In this document: positions 53,745-62,171 of the stretch, piece by piece
How the letters are laid out: every line of letters begins with the position of its first letter
Numbering within the stretch: the first letter of the stretch is position 1
DNA from: a candidate division TM6 bacterium GW2011_GWF2_38_10
GTDB lineage: Bacteria; Babelota; Babeliae; Babelales; RVW-14
DNA: 64,000 nucleotides
Direction: 5' to 3'
Assembly (NCBI GenBank): GCA_000992305.1
Contig: LBTY01000001.1
Location: 848-64,847 of the forward strand
Notes under the pieces: model-generated
Seen by the model: only the letters and a program-made list of their open reading frames with translations
Told to the model about the DNA's origin: nothing
The model's database searches: none
Made by a program: the position numbers and the translations under genes

Positions 53745-55394
53745 ATGATAAAACATAATATTTTGCGATACATTTTCTTTTTTTTATGTAACGTATCGTT
53801 TTTATCGGCAATGAACAGTGCTTCTATGCACTGTGAGCATACCGTGTTGCGCGAAATTATTTTCAAAGGTGACATAGAATTGCTAGAACATGTTTTACGC
53901 CTATATACTCTCGATGAAATAAATGCATGTAATGAACATGGACAGACTTTATTGGATTATGCATTTATACTTGGGTACCATCAAGCTGTTGCTCTTTTAT
54001 TGCAATATGGGGCACGTGGAGATGAAGATATTTTTAATAAAGATAAGATGATTCAGGAACTCATGTCATTAAAAAATAATGACACAATAACGTGTGAAAC
54101 TATTCAGTATGTTACTCATTGTGTAAAGCTTAATGAGTTTGAGTATCCAGCTCTTTATCGGTTTTTGAATAGTCAAAAAAGTGCTATGTTTCATCATTGT
54201 GTTAGGTACGATCGCGAAATGTATTTAACGGATCTTTGTTCCGTGGATTTTTATATTTGTTGTCAGCCCTATTGCTTATCGGACAGGAGTCCTGAAAACG
54301 GATGTATAGACTATACTAATAGTGCATGTAGTGCTTGGGTTATGGCTCATATCGATTGTTCTAGTGTTATTATTCTAGGAATTGATTTTATGCTGTTTTT
54401 TCTTAAGAGTATATATACTCCTTTTTGCTATTTTCCGATGCTTGCTCATGAATATGGGCTCTATTTGGATGCATTACGCGTTAAAGATAGTCAAAATAGG
54501 ATAGACCTTGCATCAGATTCTTTACTTGCGCAGAGAATGGACGAGGGATACGAATGTCGTGCTGATTTATTTTCTAATACGTTTGTAGATGATTTTTACA
54601 CATCAAGTATAAGTTTGTTAGGGTTATTGATATTTGACGTTTTTTTGGATTTTTTTTATGAAACGTATCCTCAAAATTTGAATGTTTTGGCTGTGTCTCC
54701 TGATGTAATGTTGACCGATAAATTGGGTCCAGTGATTTATGCGTTATGGGAATTGATATTTAGTAATGGTGATAATGGAACACAGTTTTTTAAAAAATGT
54801 GCTCATTGTCAATGTCTTAAGTCATTGTGTTATACCTGTTTTAGGCAGTCTTTTAGGTTTAATCAAGCTTCTGATCATGGGTATGTTTTTAAAAGTGATC
54901 TTTTTATGAACGTCTTTAAACAAGAATATGCATCTTGTTCTTGTGAGGTAAATAAAGACGAAGATTTTTTTTATACCCATCCTTCTTTAAGGAAGCGTTT
55001 TCAAAATATTACAATAGATTTGATCTTTGGGGCTGTAATAAATTGGTTTAATACATTTAAAAGAAAATATGAGCATGAACATTTTTTAAAGTTATTCCTA
55101 ACACCGTCGTATCAAAGTGTGGGTATAGCTATTGTTCCTTTTTGGCAAGATGGGGAGATTTCTTCAATTTCTATTTGTATTGGTACAGAATCTATTTTGC
55201 AATGTTATGCATTACATCTTTTTTCATGCACGGAGGATATCGTGCAAGAAATTTGTTTGAATATACATTATGTTTTGGATCGGTATTGTGAACGTGTTTT
55301 TCAGGTGAGGGGGTCGTCTAGGGAGCACATTGTCAAAGATTCAATAGATGAGTATTCTTTTGAAGAATCATCACATTCTTGTTGGTGTTGTTAA
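53745..55394 (+). CDS. Secreted hypothetical protein with N-terminal ankyrin-like repeats, a large Cys-rich region of unknown fold, and a C-terminal CWCC
   Basis: Leader MIKHNILRYIFFFLCNVSFLSA. ANK-like segments: LLEHVLRLYTLDEINACNEHGQTLLDYAFILGYHQAVALLLQYGARGD. Many Cys residues. Ends in ...EESSHSCWCC. Confidence 0.6.
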   Translation: MIKHNILRYIFFFLCNVSFLSAMNSASMHCEHTVLREIIFKGDIELLEHVLRLYTLDEINACNEHGQTLLDYAFILGYHQAVALLLQYGARGDEDIFNKDKMIQELMSLKNNDTITCETIQYVTHCVKLNEFEYPALYRFLNSQKSAMFHHCVRYDREMYLTDLCSVDFYICCQPYCLSDRSPENGCIDYTNSACSAWVMAHIDCSSVIILGIDFMLFFLKSIYTPFCYFPMLAHEYGLYLDALRVKDSQNRIDLASDSLLAQRMDEGYECRADLFSNTFVDDFYTSSISLLGLLIFDVFLDFFYETYPQNLNVLAVSPDVMLTDKLGPVIYALWELIFSNGDNGTQFFKKCAHCQCLKSLCYTCFRQSFRFNQASDHGYVFKSDLFMNVFKQEYASCSCEVNKDEDFFYTHPSLRKRFQNITIDLIFGAVINWFNTFKRKYEHEHFLKLFLTPSYQSVGIAIVPFWQDGEISSISICIGTESILQCYALHLFSCTEDIVQEICLNIHYVLDRYCERVFQVRGSSREHIVKDSIDEYSFEESSHSCWCC

Positions 55395-55586
55395 GTTGGT
55401 GTTTGGATAATATACCGTTGTTCCGTGTGTGGTGAATTTTGTTTTGCGCACAAAATGCGTTTTGCTCACCTCAAACGGGTATCTTAATTCTATTTACCTT
55501 GTCGTTTCTAAAATTAGTCAATTTGATTAAAGCTTTTTAAAATAGTTTATGCAATAGATTTAATCCTTTTTATGCAAGAATCATAA

Positions 55587-55615
55587 TTAACTTCCTCGTG
55601 AAAAATTGTTATACT
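55587..55615 (+). promoter_or_regulatory. Candidate sigma70 promoter with an extended -10 upstream of rfbF
   Basis: TTAACT (55587-55592), a 17-nt spacer that contains TG at 55607-55608, then TATACT (55610-55615). An RBS aaggag follows at 55635-55640. Confidence 0.45.
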
Positions 55616-55644
55616 GCTCAAAAACCAGAGCGCAAAGGAGATGT

Positions 55645-56506
55645 ATGATGAAAAAAAACAGAACACCTGTGATGATTCTTGCTGGAGGTTTTGGAACGCG
55701 ATTAAAGGAGGAGACGGAGTTTCGACCAAAGCCTATGGTCCCCATAGGAGGTCATCCTATGTTGTGGCACATCATGAAAATATATGCTCATTTTGGTTAT
55801 TACCGTTTCATTATTTGTCTTGGTTACAAAAGTGAGATGATAAAAAATTATTTTTTAAACTATCGCATGGAAGATACCACCTTTACGATTAGTACCAAAA
55901 CAGGGACAATCGTGGAGCATCAATCGCTGGCGGAGGACTGGGAAGTAACCTTGGTTAATACTGGTCTTGATTGTATGACGGGTGGGCGAGTTGCTCGTGC
56001 AGCTCAGTATGTTGATACCGATTCTTTTTTGTTAACCTATGGCGATGGGCTTGCTAATGTTGATATTGCGGCCTTGGTTGAGTTTCATAAGGCGCATAAT
56101 CGGCATGCAACCATTACCGGCGTTAACCTACCATCACGCTTTGGCAATGTTGCCCTAGAGGGTGATGCTATAACGTCATTTGCCGAAAAAATGCAGATTG
56201 AGGATGCGTGGATTAATGGTGGTTTTATGGTTCTTAATCGTGATTTTTTATCCTATCTTAGTTGCGATTCTTCATGCGTTTTGGAGCAGCAACCGCTTAA
56301 GCAAGCTGCCCTTGATGGACAATTGATGATGTATAAACGGATTTTGGCAATGCATGGACACCGTGCGTGAACATCAAATGCTTGAATCGCTTTGGCAAAA
56401 AGGGGCGCCATGGAAGGTATGGAGAGATCAACACGAAGAGTACGTGCCGGCGACGCGTCATAAAAACAATGAAGATTCATCATATGCAAAGGAAAAATGT
56501 TTATGA
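55645..56506 (+). pseudogene. rfbF: Glucose-1-phosphate cytidylyltransferase with a frameshift near 56336-56339 (pseudogene, sequencing error or recoding)
   Basis: The N-terminal 230 or so residues are canonical: VMILAGGFGTRLKEETEFRPKPMVPIGGHPMLWHIMKIYAHFGYYRFIICLGYKSEMIKNYFLNY. The frame ends ...[17 protein letters not shown]. The conserved C-terminus [28 protein letters not shown] is encoded in the +1 frame from 56339. That frame stops at 56504-56506, overlapping the next gene start. Confidence 0.75.
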
Positions 56507-57546
56507 TCATATCTAAGACTTATTGGCACCAGCGTAACGTTTTGGTAACAGGGGCAACCGGCCTTTTGGGCCCATGGTTGGTTAATGAACTTTTGCGGCA
56601 AGGTGCTCATGTTTCTGTCTTGGTGCGAGATCTTGTTCCTGAATCGGTGTTTTTTGGGCAGGATATGCAAAAGCGTTCAACTGTGTATTTTGGGGATCTT
56701 TTGGATCGCGATTTGTTGATGCGTATTATCAATGAAGGAAATATCGAAACGGTGTTTCATCTTGGCGCGCAGGCTATTGTTGGATATGCAAATCGGTCAC
56801 CTATTTCAACATTTCGTTCCAACATTGAAGGCACCTGGAATTTGTTAGAAGTGTGTCGCCAAAGCCCTTGGGTTAAGCGTATTGTTGTAGCATCAAGTGA
56901 CAAAGCCTATGGCGAACAAGAAAATCTTCCCTATACCGAAAATGCTCCCCTACAGGGGCGCCATCCTTATGATGTTTCAAAAAGTTGTGCTGATTTGATT
57001 GCACAATCGTATTTTCATACCTACAAAGTTCCGGTATGCATAACGCGCTGTGGTAACTTTTTTGGGGGTGGTGATTTTCATTACAATCGCATCATTCCAG
57101 GAACGATACAGGCTATTATGCAGGGTAAGCAGCCGGTCATTCGTTCAAATGGTTTTTTTGTACGTGACTATATTTATGTTAAAGATGTTGTTGATGCCTA
57201 TTTAACGTTAGCGCAGGCAATGGAGCGGTCAGAAATTATTGGTCAGTCTTTTAATTTTAGCACCGACCATCCATTTACCGTTATTGAACTTGTGCATGAA
57301 ATTCGTGCATTAATGCAAGCGGTTCATCTTGAGCCAATTATTCAGAATAATGCAACCAATGAGATCCCTGCGCAGCACCTGTGTTCCGAAAAAGCTCGTG
57401 AGCTTTTGGGTTGGAAGGCGGTATATGGCGTGCGCAAGGGGCTTGAAGAAACAATTGCATGGTACCAACAACATGCGGCAGAACGTGAAACTCAACCAAA
57501 TCAGGATACCCATGAAAAAAGTAGCAATTATTGCAACATGTTATAA
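56497..57546 (+). CDS. NDP-sugar 4,6-dehydratase of the SDR family (CDP-glucose 4,6-dehydratase-like by context)
   Basis: [14 protein letters not shown] (Rossmann), [16 protein letters not shown] (YxxxK). Positioned directly after rfbF. Confidence 0.65.
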   Translation: MFMIISKTYWHQRNVLVTGATGLLGPWLVNELLRQGAHVSVLVRDLVPESVFFGQDMQKRSTVYFGDLLDRDLLMRIINEGNIETVFHLGAQAIVGYANRSPISTFRSNIEGTWNLLEVCRQSPWVKRIVVASSDKAYGEQENLPYTENAPLQGRHPYDVSKSCADLIAQSYFHTYKVPVCITRCGNFFGGGDFHYNRIIPGTIQAIMQGKQPVIRSNGFFVRDYIYVKDVVDAYLTLAQAMERSEIIGQSFNFSTDHPFTVIELVHEIRALMQAVHLEPIIQNNATNEIPAQHLCSEKARELLGWKAVYGVRKGLEETIAWYQQHAAERETQPNQDTHEKSSNYCNML

Positions 57547-58537
57547 TGAAGCGGCCAATATCGTAGCTCTTTATCAGCGCATAACTGCCGCCATGAAAAC
57601 TGTTGCGGATCTTGATTATGAAATTATTTTTATTGATAACGCCAGCACCGATAACTCTTATGCACTTTTTCAACACGTTATTGCTGCGGATGCGCGCTGC
57701 AAGGCGCTTATTATGTCGCGTAATTTTGGCTCTAACCAGCCGAGCATTTTGGCAGGAATGCGCCATGCACAGGCTGATGCCGTGATTATCATTTCGGGCG
57801 ACATTCAAGATCCACCAGAAATTATACCAACCTTTATAGAGCGTTGGCGCCAGGGATTTGATGTTGTGTATGGGGTTGCAAAAAAGCGCAAGGGTGGCAT
57901 TCTCCGTCGCATTGGATATCGTTGTTTTTATCGCGTGCTCAAGCAACTTTCATATCTTGATATTCCGCTTGATGGCATAGATTTTAGTTTGATGGACCAC
58001 AAGGTTGTTGCGGTTTTAAAACATCTTCCAGAAAAAGATTTGTACATCCGTGGCCTGCGCGCCTGGGCAGGCTTTGCGCAAACGGGGGTTGATTTTGTTC
58101 GTGAAGATCGGGCGGGGGGGAGAACAAGTAATAGTTTTTTTGCCAACTTTATGTGGGCCAAAAAAGCGATTGTTAATTTTTCCTACAAACCCCTTGTGTA
58201 CATAACTCGTCTTGCAACATTGTCGGTTTTTGCTACATTTTGCGCCGCATGTTTGTTTTTGTATTGGCATTTTGCTTATGGCGCGCCGCGTGGCTTTTCA
58301 ACATTGTTGATGACGATGTTTTTGTTCGGAACCGTTCAGTTGCTTGCCTTGGCTACCATTGGCGAGTATATGATTAAAATTTTTGAAGAGGTTAAGGGCC
58401 GCCCACCGTATGTTATACGTGAAATTTTGCAGCAGCCGGTAGCTTCTACCGCTCAGTTTGTTCCCGCTTTTTATGAAGCGGCGCCGGTGGTGCATGTGCA
58501 GGCTTGTTTACCTAAACATGAGCAGGAGGTATTGTGA
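57512..58537 (+). CDS. GT2 polyprenyl-phosphate glycosyltransferase (ArnC/GtrB/DPM1-like) with C-terminal transmembrane helices
   Basis: [55 protein letters not shown] prefer the ATG at 57512 (MKKVAII) over the track start at 57329, which lies in an alternative frame overlapping the dehydratase gene. Confidence 0.8.
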   Translation: MKKVAIIATCYNEAANIVALYQRITAAMKTVADLDYEIIFIDNASTDNSYALFQHVIAADARCKALIMSRNFGSNQPSILAGMRHAQADAVIIISGDIQDPPEIIPTFIERWRQGFDVVYGVAKKRKGGILRRIGYRCFYRVLKQLSYLDIPLDGIDFSLMDHKVVAVLKHLPEKDLYIRGLRAWAGFAQTGVDFVREDRAGGRTSNSFFANFMWAKKAIVNFSYKPLVYITRLATLSVFATFCAACLFLYWHFAYGAPRGFSTLLMTMFLFGTVQLLALATIGEYMIKIFEEVKGRPPYVIREILQQPVASTAQFVPAFYEAAPVVHVQACLPKHEQEVL

Positions 58538-59511
58538 AAATTTGTTTAGTAACCGGAGGCGCTGGGTTTATTGGTGCCAATCTTGTCCGTTCGCTTGTTG
58601 CGCTGGGGCATCGCGTACATATTGTTGTTGAACCCCAATCTTCATTTTGGCGACTTGCAGGGGTTGTTGATCGCATTGTGGTGCACGAAATCGATCTCAC
58701 TCAGTTTACCAAAATAAATCAAATGATTGAACACATTGCGCCTGAGTGGATTTTTCATTTAGCAAGTTACGGCGGCATGCCTGAGCAGAACGATCAGGAC
58801 TTTGTGTATTACATTAATTTTGACTGTACGCGCAATCTTCTTGATGCATGCGCTCGGCAGGGTTTTGAGTGTTTTATTAACACGGGAAGTTCTTCTGAAT
58901 ATGGCATTCAGCAACAGGGTATGTCGGAGCTTATGGCGCTTGCTCCGGTGAGTGATTATGGCGTGGCCAAAGCTGCAGCAACGCAGTATTGTTCCAAACG
59001 TGCATTGGCCGATAAATTGCCTGTTTACACCGTGCGTCCTTTTTCGGTTTATGGGGAATATGAGGCTCCAACACGATTTATTCCAACGTTGGTGCAGCAT
59101 GCCCTTGCAGGGACTACGATGAACTTATCATCGCCCGATTATGTGCGTGATTTTATCTATGTTCAGGACCTTGTTGATTTGTACCTTGCCATTGCAAAAA
59201 AATCTCCGTTTGGTCATACCATTTTTAATGGTGGGACTGGTGTTGAAACATCACTGGGGCGGGCGGTGCAGGTTGCTCAGTCTGTGGTTGAGTTGCCGTT
59301 GCAGGTTGCATGGAATGCCAGTGAGCCGCGCTCATGGGAGCCAAAACACTGGAAGGCAGATTGTTCATTAGCGCAGCATGTGCTGGGATGGAAGGCGCAA
59401 TATAGTTTTGAAAAAGGACTCAAAAAAACGATCCTTTGGTTTAAACAACATGGTCATGTGTACCAAGCATCGCCTGATTGCCAGCATGAGCTCAAGCAAC
59501 AAGGGGCATAA
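58534..59511 (+). CDS. NAD-dependent NDP-sugar epimerase/reductase (SDR family)
   Basis: GTG start after aggagg. VTGGAGFIGANL, TGSSSEYG, YGVAKAAA (YxxxK). Confidence 0.75.
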   Translation: MKICLVTGGAGFIGANLVRSLVALGHRVHIVVEPQSSFWRLAGVVDRIVVHEIDLTQFTKINQMIEHIAPEWIFHLASYGGMPEQNDQDFVYYINFDCTRNLLDACARQGFECFINTGSSSEYGIQQQGMSELMALAPVSDYGVAKAAATQYCSKRALADKLPVYTVRPFSVYGEYEAPTRFIPTLVQHALAGTTMNLSSPDYVRDFIYVQDLVDLYLAIAKKSPFGHTIFNGGTGVETSLGRAVQVAQSVVELPLQVAWNASEPRSWEPKHWKADCSLAQHVLGWKAQYSFEKGLKKTILWFKQHGHVYQASPDCQHELKQQGA

Positions 59512-59512
59512 A

Positions 59513-60346
59513 ATGGAGCAGACTGTTATACAAAAAATACAATCACTCCATCACGAGTTGATTGCGCATCAAGCGCTGCGAATGCGGCGGTTTATTGTCG
59601 ATATGGTTTTTCAGGCAAGGGCGGCGCATCTTGGGAGCGCCCTTTCGTGTGTTGATATTCTTGCAACATTGTATCATGGCATTGTTGATGTTGAAAAAAT
59701 AAAAGCGGGGCACGCCGCGCGTGATTACATTCTTTTGAGTAAAGGGCACGCTGCCACCGCGCTGTATGCAGCTTTGATCTCGGCAGGCATTATGCCAGAG
59801 CAAGCGGTGCAGCAATATGCGCAAAAACATTCAGGGCTGTGCGGCCATCCGGTCAAAGATGCTTACGTTGGGATTGAAGCCAGTACCGGATCGCTGGGGC
59901 AGGGATTATCGATGGGGATTGGTATTGCGCTTGCGTGCAAGCATGATGGGTTGCATAACAAAGTGTATGTGGTGCTTGGCGATGGTGAATGTCAGGAGGG
60001 CTCGGTGTGGGAATCTGCAATGTTTGCGCCGCGTTATCATCTTAGCAATTTGGTGGTGATTGTTGATGCTAATCAGTTGCAAGGCCTTGACCGCACGTGT
60101 GATGTGATGCCTGGGGACCTTGTGAAAAAATTTCAGGCATTTGGTTGGCAAGGGTGTGTTGTGGATGGACATGATTATGCTGATTTGCATGCGGCAATTA
60201 CAGCGCCGGCGCAAGCCCCGTGTGTTATTGTTGCCCATACCATAAAGGGCAAAGGGCTTGCCTTTGCGCAGGATAAACTTGAGTGGCATTATAAAAGTTT
60301 AACGCCGGAACTTTATGAGCAAGCGATGTGTATGCTGAAGTCCTGA
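59513..60346 (+). CDS. Transketolase N-terminal subunit (ThDP-binding half of a split transketolase)
   Basis: AHLGSALSCVDILATLY, LSKGHAATALYAAL, GSLGQGLSMGIGIA, VVLGDGECQEGSVWES, VIVDANQLQ. The ATG at 59513 (MEQTVIQ) follows aagggg. No C-terminal-half gene lies adjacent. Confidence 0.85.
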   Translation: MEQTVIQKIQSLHHELIAHQALRMRRFIVDMVFQARAAHLGSALSCVDILATLYHGIVDVEKIKAGHAARDYILLSKGHAATALYAALISAGIMPEQAVQQYAQKHSGLCGHPVKDAYVGIEASTGSLGQGLSMGIGIALACKHDGLHNKVYVVLGDGECQEGSVWESAMFAPRYHLSNLVVIVDANQLQGLDRTCDVMPGDLVKKFQAFGWQGCVVDGHDYADLHAAITAPAQAPCVIVAHTIKGKGLAFAQDKLEWHYKSLTPELYEQAMCMLKS

Positions 60347-60527
60347 TACTGCTCAGCTGATGCTTTGCGTTAATTTAAAATGGATCTTAGCTCGGGGATG
60401 AGCAGATAAGGTTTAATTTGACCGCATAATTCTCTCTTGCTTTTTAATAATAATGAACTACGCTTGTTGTCCAGTTGATAAATAAGTATAGGATTTCTAA
60501 AAAAAACGTATTTTTTGAAAGCGTATT

Positions 60528-62018
60528 ATGGTTGATTGTATAAAAAAAGCATGTGTGAGTATTTGGTTTTTATTGGGGTTATTTTCTTTGAGTTACGGGA
60601 CACTTCCTATCAAGTCGATAGGTTCTTATCGTGGAGCGCTGAGCTCTGTTCAGCGAGAGTATGCGAATAATACTGAGTTTGGGACGTGTATAAAAGTTCG
60701 GCAGTTGTTTGATGGATTAATGAATAATTCTGTGGATATATTTGATTTTGCGGTAAATTTATCGAATGTGCTAGAAAATTGCCATTTTGAATCCGCTACT
60801 CATGAGGCGATCAATCTTTTGTTTCATTATCTTATTTTTTGTCGACCGTTTAATTTTGAAGAAACATGTAGATCTGTTGATTTTATATGCTTAATAAAAC
60901 CATTAAAAGTTTTTTTAGACAAATCGTTGGATGACATAGGGTTTGATGTTGTGCCACGTGATTATTTAAATGCGCTTCATCCTTACCAAAAATTTTTTTT
61001 GAGGGGGTTTGCTCAAATTGATTTAAAGAACATTATACAGATGTGCTTACATAAAAAGCCATTACCTTTTTTGACCCCTGCGTGTTTAAAAAATGTAGCT
61101 ATTTGGATGGCTCTTGATATGGCATATTCTAATGATCAACGATTAATTTTTAGTTTTACTCAGTTTAGGTCGTATTTTATGGTGGCTCATAGTTATTTTC
61201 CTTCTTTTTCTACTGATGGGGCAAGGGATTTGTTTTTTTCAGATGGGATATGGGGAGGGATTTCTGTTGAACTGCAAGATATGTTACGATGTATTTTTGA
61301 TGATGATATTAAAAAATTCAAAGAATTACAAAGGTTTTATGGTAAAGAGTTATGCCAAAATTTTGATTACATTGAATTAGCAGCGTTGGCTGGTTCAGAA
61401 AAAATATTTAATTCGCTTGTTGCATCATTTGATCCGAATCGTCATACAAGACTCGCTATTTTTGCTATTCAGGGAGGGTGTTTGTCAATTATTCAACGGA
61501 CTATTGCTGTAGTGGAAAAACGTGAATTAAATAAGGAGTTTATGCAGGCTATTAGATGGCATCGACATGCAGTTGCTGATTGGTTATTGACTTATGCAAA
61601 CGTTCCGCATTTTGCGTATACGGTGCCGTTTTCAGGACGCAATTTTTATGGGTTTAATAATTTGGCTTTTTTACTCATGATGTCAGAAACTCATCCAATT
61701 GCGTGGGATAGACTTTCTGCTCATCGTCATACTATTTTTGAAGAGGCTTTGGCAAATGAATGGAGCGCTTTAAGCGTTTTTTGTCGAGTGCATTGTGATC
61801 AGATTATTTTTAGCCAGGATATTGGATATATTTGGTTATCTAGCGCCATAAAAACGGGAATTCCTTATTTTGTTGAGAATCTTTTAATGTCAGGGGTTGA
61901 TGTTTTGGCTTTACAAGATAAAAAACATAAAAGATCTCGTATGTTTATGGTTAATCCTCATTTTTCAGGAATTATCAACTGCTTGAAAAAATACAAATAT
62001 CAGGCACCTTCTGTTTGA
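60528..62018 (+). CDS. Secreted hypothetical protein with weak ankyrin-like repeats in the C-terminal half
   Basis: Leader MVDCIKKACVSIWFLLGLFSLSYG. Segments such as IELAALAGSEKIFNSLV, LAIFAIQGGCLSIIQ and MQAIRWHRHAVADWLL look like ANK helices. I recognise no other motif. Confidence 0.5.
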   Translation: MVDCIKKACVSIWFLLGLFSLSYGTLPIKSIGSYRGALSSVQREYANNTEFGTCIKVRQLFDGLMNNSVDIFDFAVNLSNVLENCHFESATHEAINLLFHYLIFCRPFNFEETCRSVDFICLIKPLKVFLDKSLDDIGFDVVPRDYLNALHPYQKFFLRGFAQIDLKNIIQMCLHKKPLPFLTPACLKNVAIWMALDMAYSNDQRLIFSFTQFRSYFMVAHSYFPSFSTDGARDLFFSDGIWGGISVELQDMLRCIFDDDIKKFKELQRFYGKELCQNFDYIELAALAGSEKIFNSLVASFDPNRHTRLAIFAIQGGCLSIIQRTIAVVEKRELNKEFMQAIRWHRHAVADWLLTYANVPHFAYTVPFSGRNFYGFNNLAFLLMMSETHPIAWDRLSAHRHTIFEEALANEWSALSVFCRVHCDQIIFSQDIGYIWLSSAIKTGIPYFVENLLMSGVDVLALQDKKHKRSRMFMVNPHFSGIINCLKKYKYQAPSV

Positions 62019-62171
62019 TAGCTTTCATGGTACGTTTAGTTTTTTTACGTTCTTTTTGGTTGGGTGTAGAGATTTTATAAAAATGATCAACATTCTACTA
62101 TTTTTGGGTTAGAATCTTTCAAGTGGGTTAAAGTTATTAGAAAGCGTGCTGTAGTAGCGTAATACTTAAGG

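Noticed and set aside
57329-57511. The N-terminal 61 codons of track ORF 57329-58537
   Set aside because: This part overlaps the dehydratase gene in another frame. The GT2 homology begins at [13 protein letters not shown] (ATG 57512).
57338-57946. 202-aa antisense ORF opposite the dehydratase/GT2 genes, and other antisense ORFs at 57928-58700
   Set aside because: The plus-strand frames carry strong family motifs (YxxxK SDR, GT2 DxD and RNFG blocks). The antisense translations are low-complexity with no motifs or RBS.
59378-59512. The N-terminal 45 codons of track ORF 59378-60346
   Set aside because: They overlap the end of the epimerase gene. Transketolase homology, an RBS and an ATG occur at 59513.
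62019-62171. T-box or other leader upstream of aspS
   Set aside because: The spacer is only about 150 nt and AT-rich, with no T-box consensus or terminator/antiterminator pair that I could fold.
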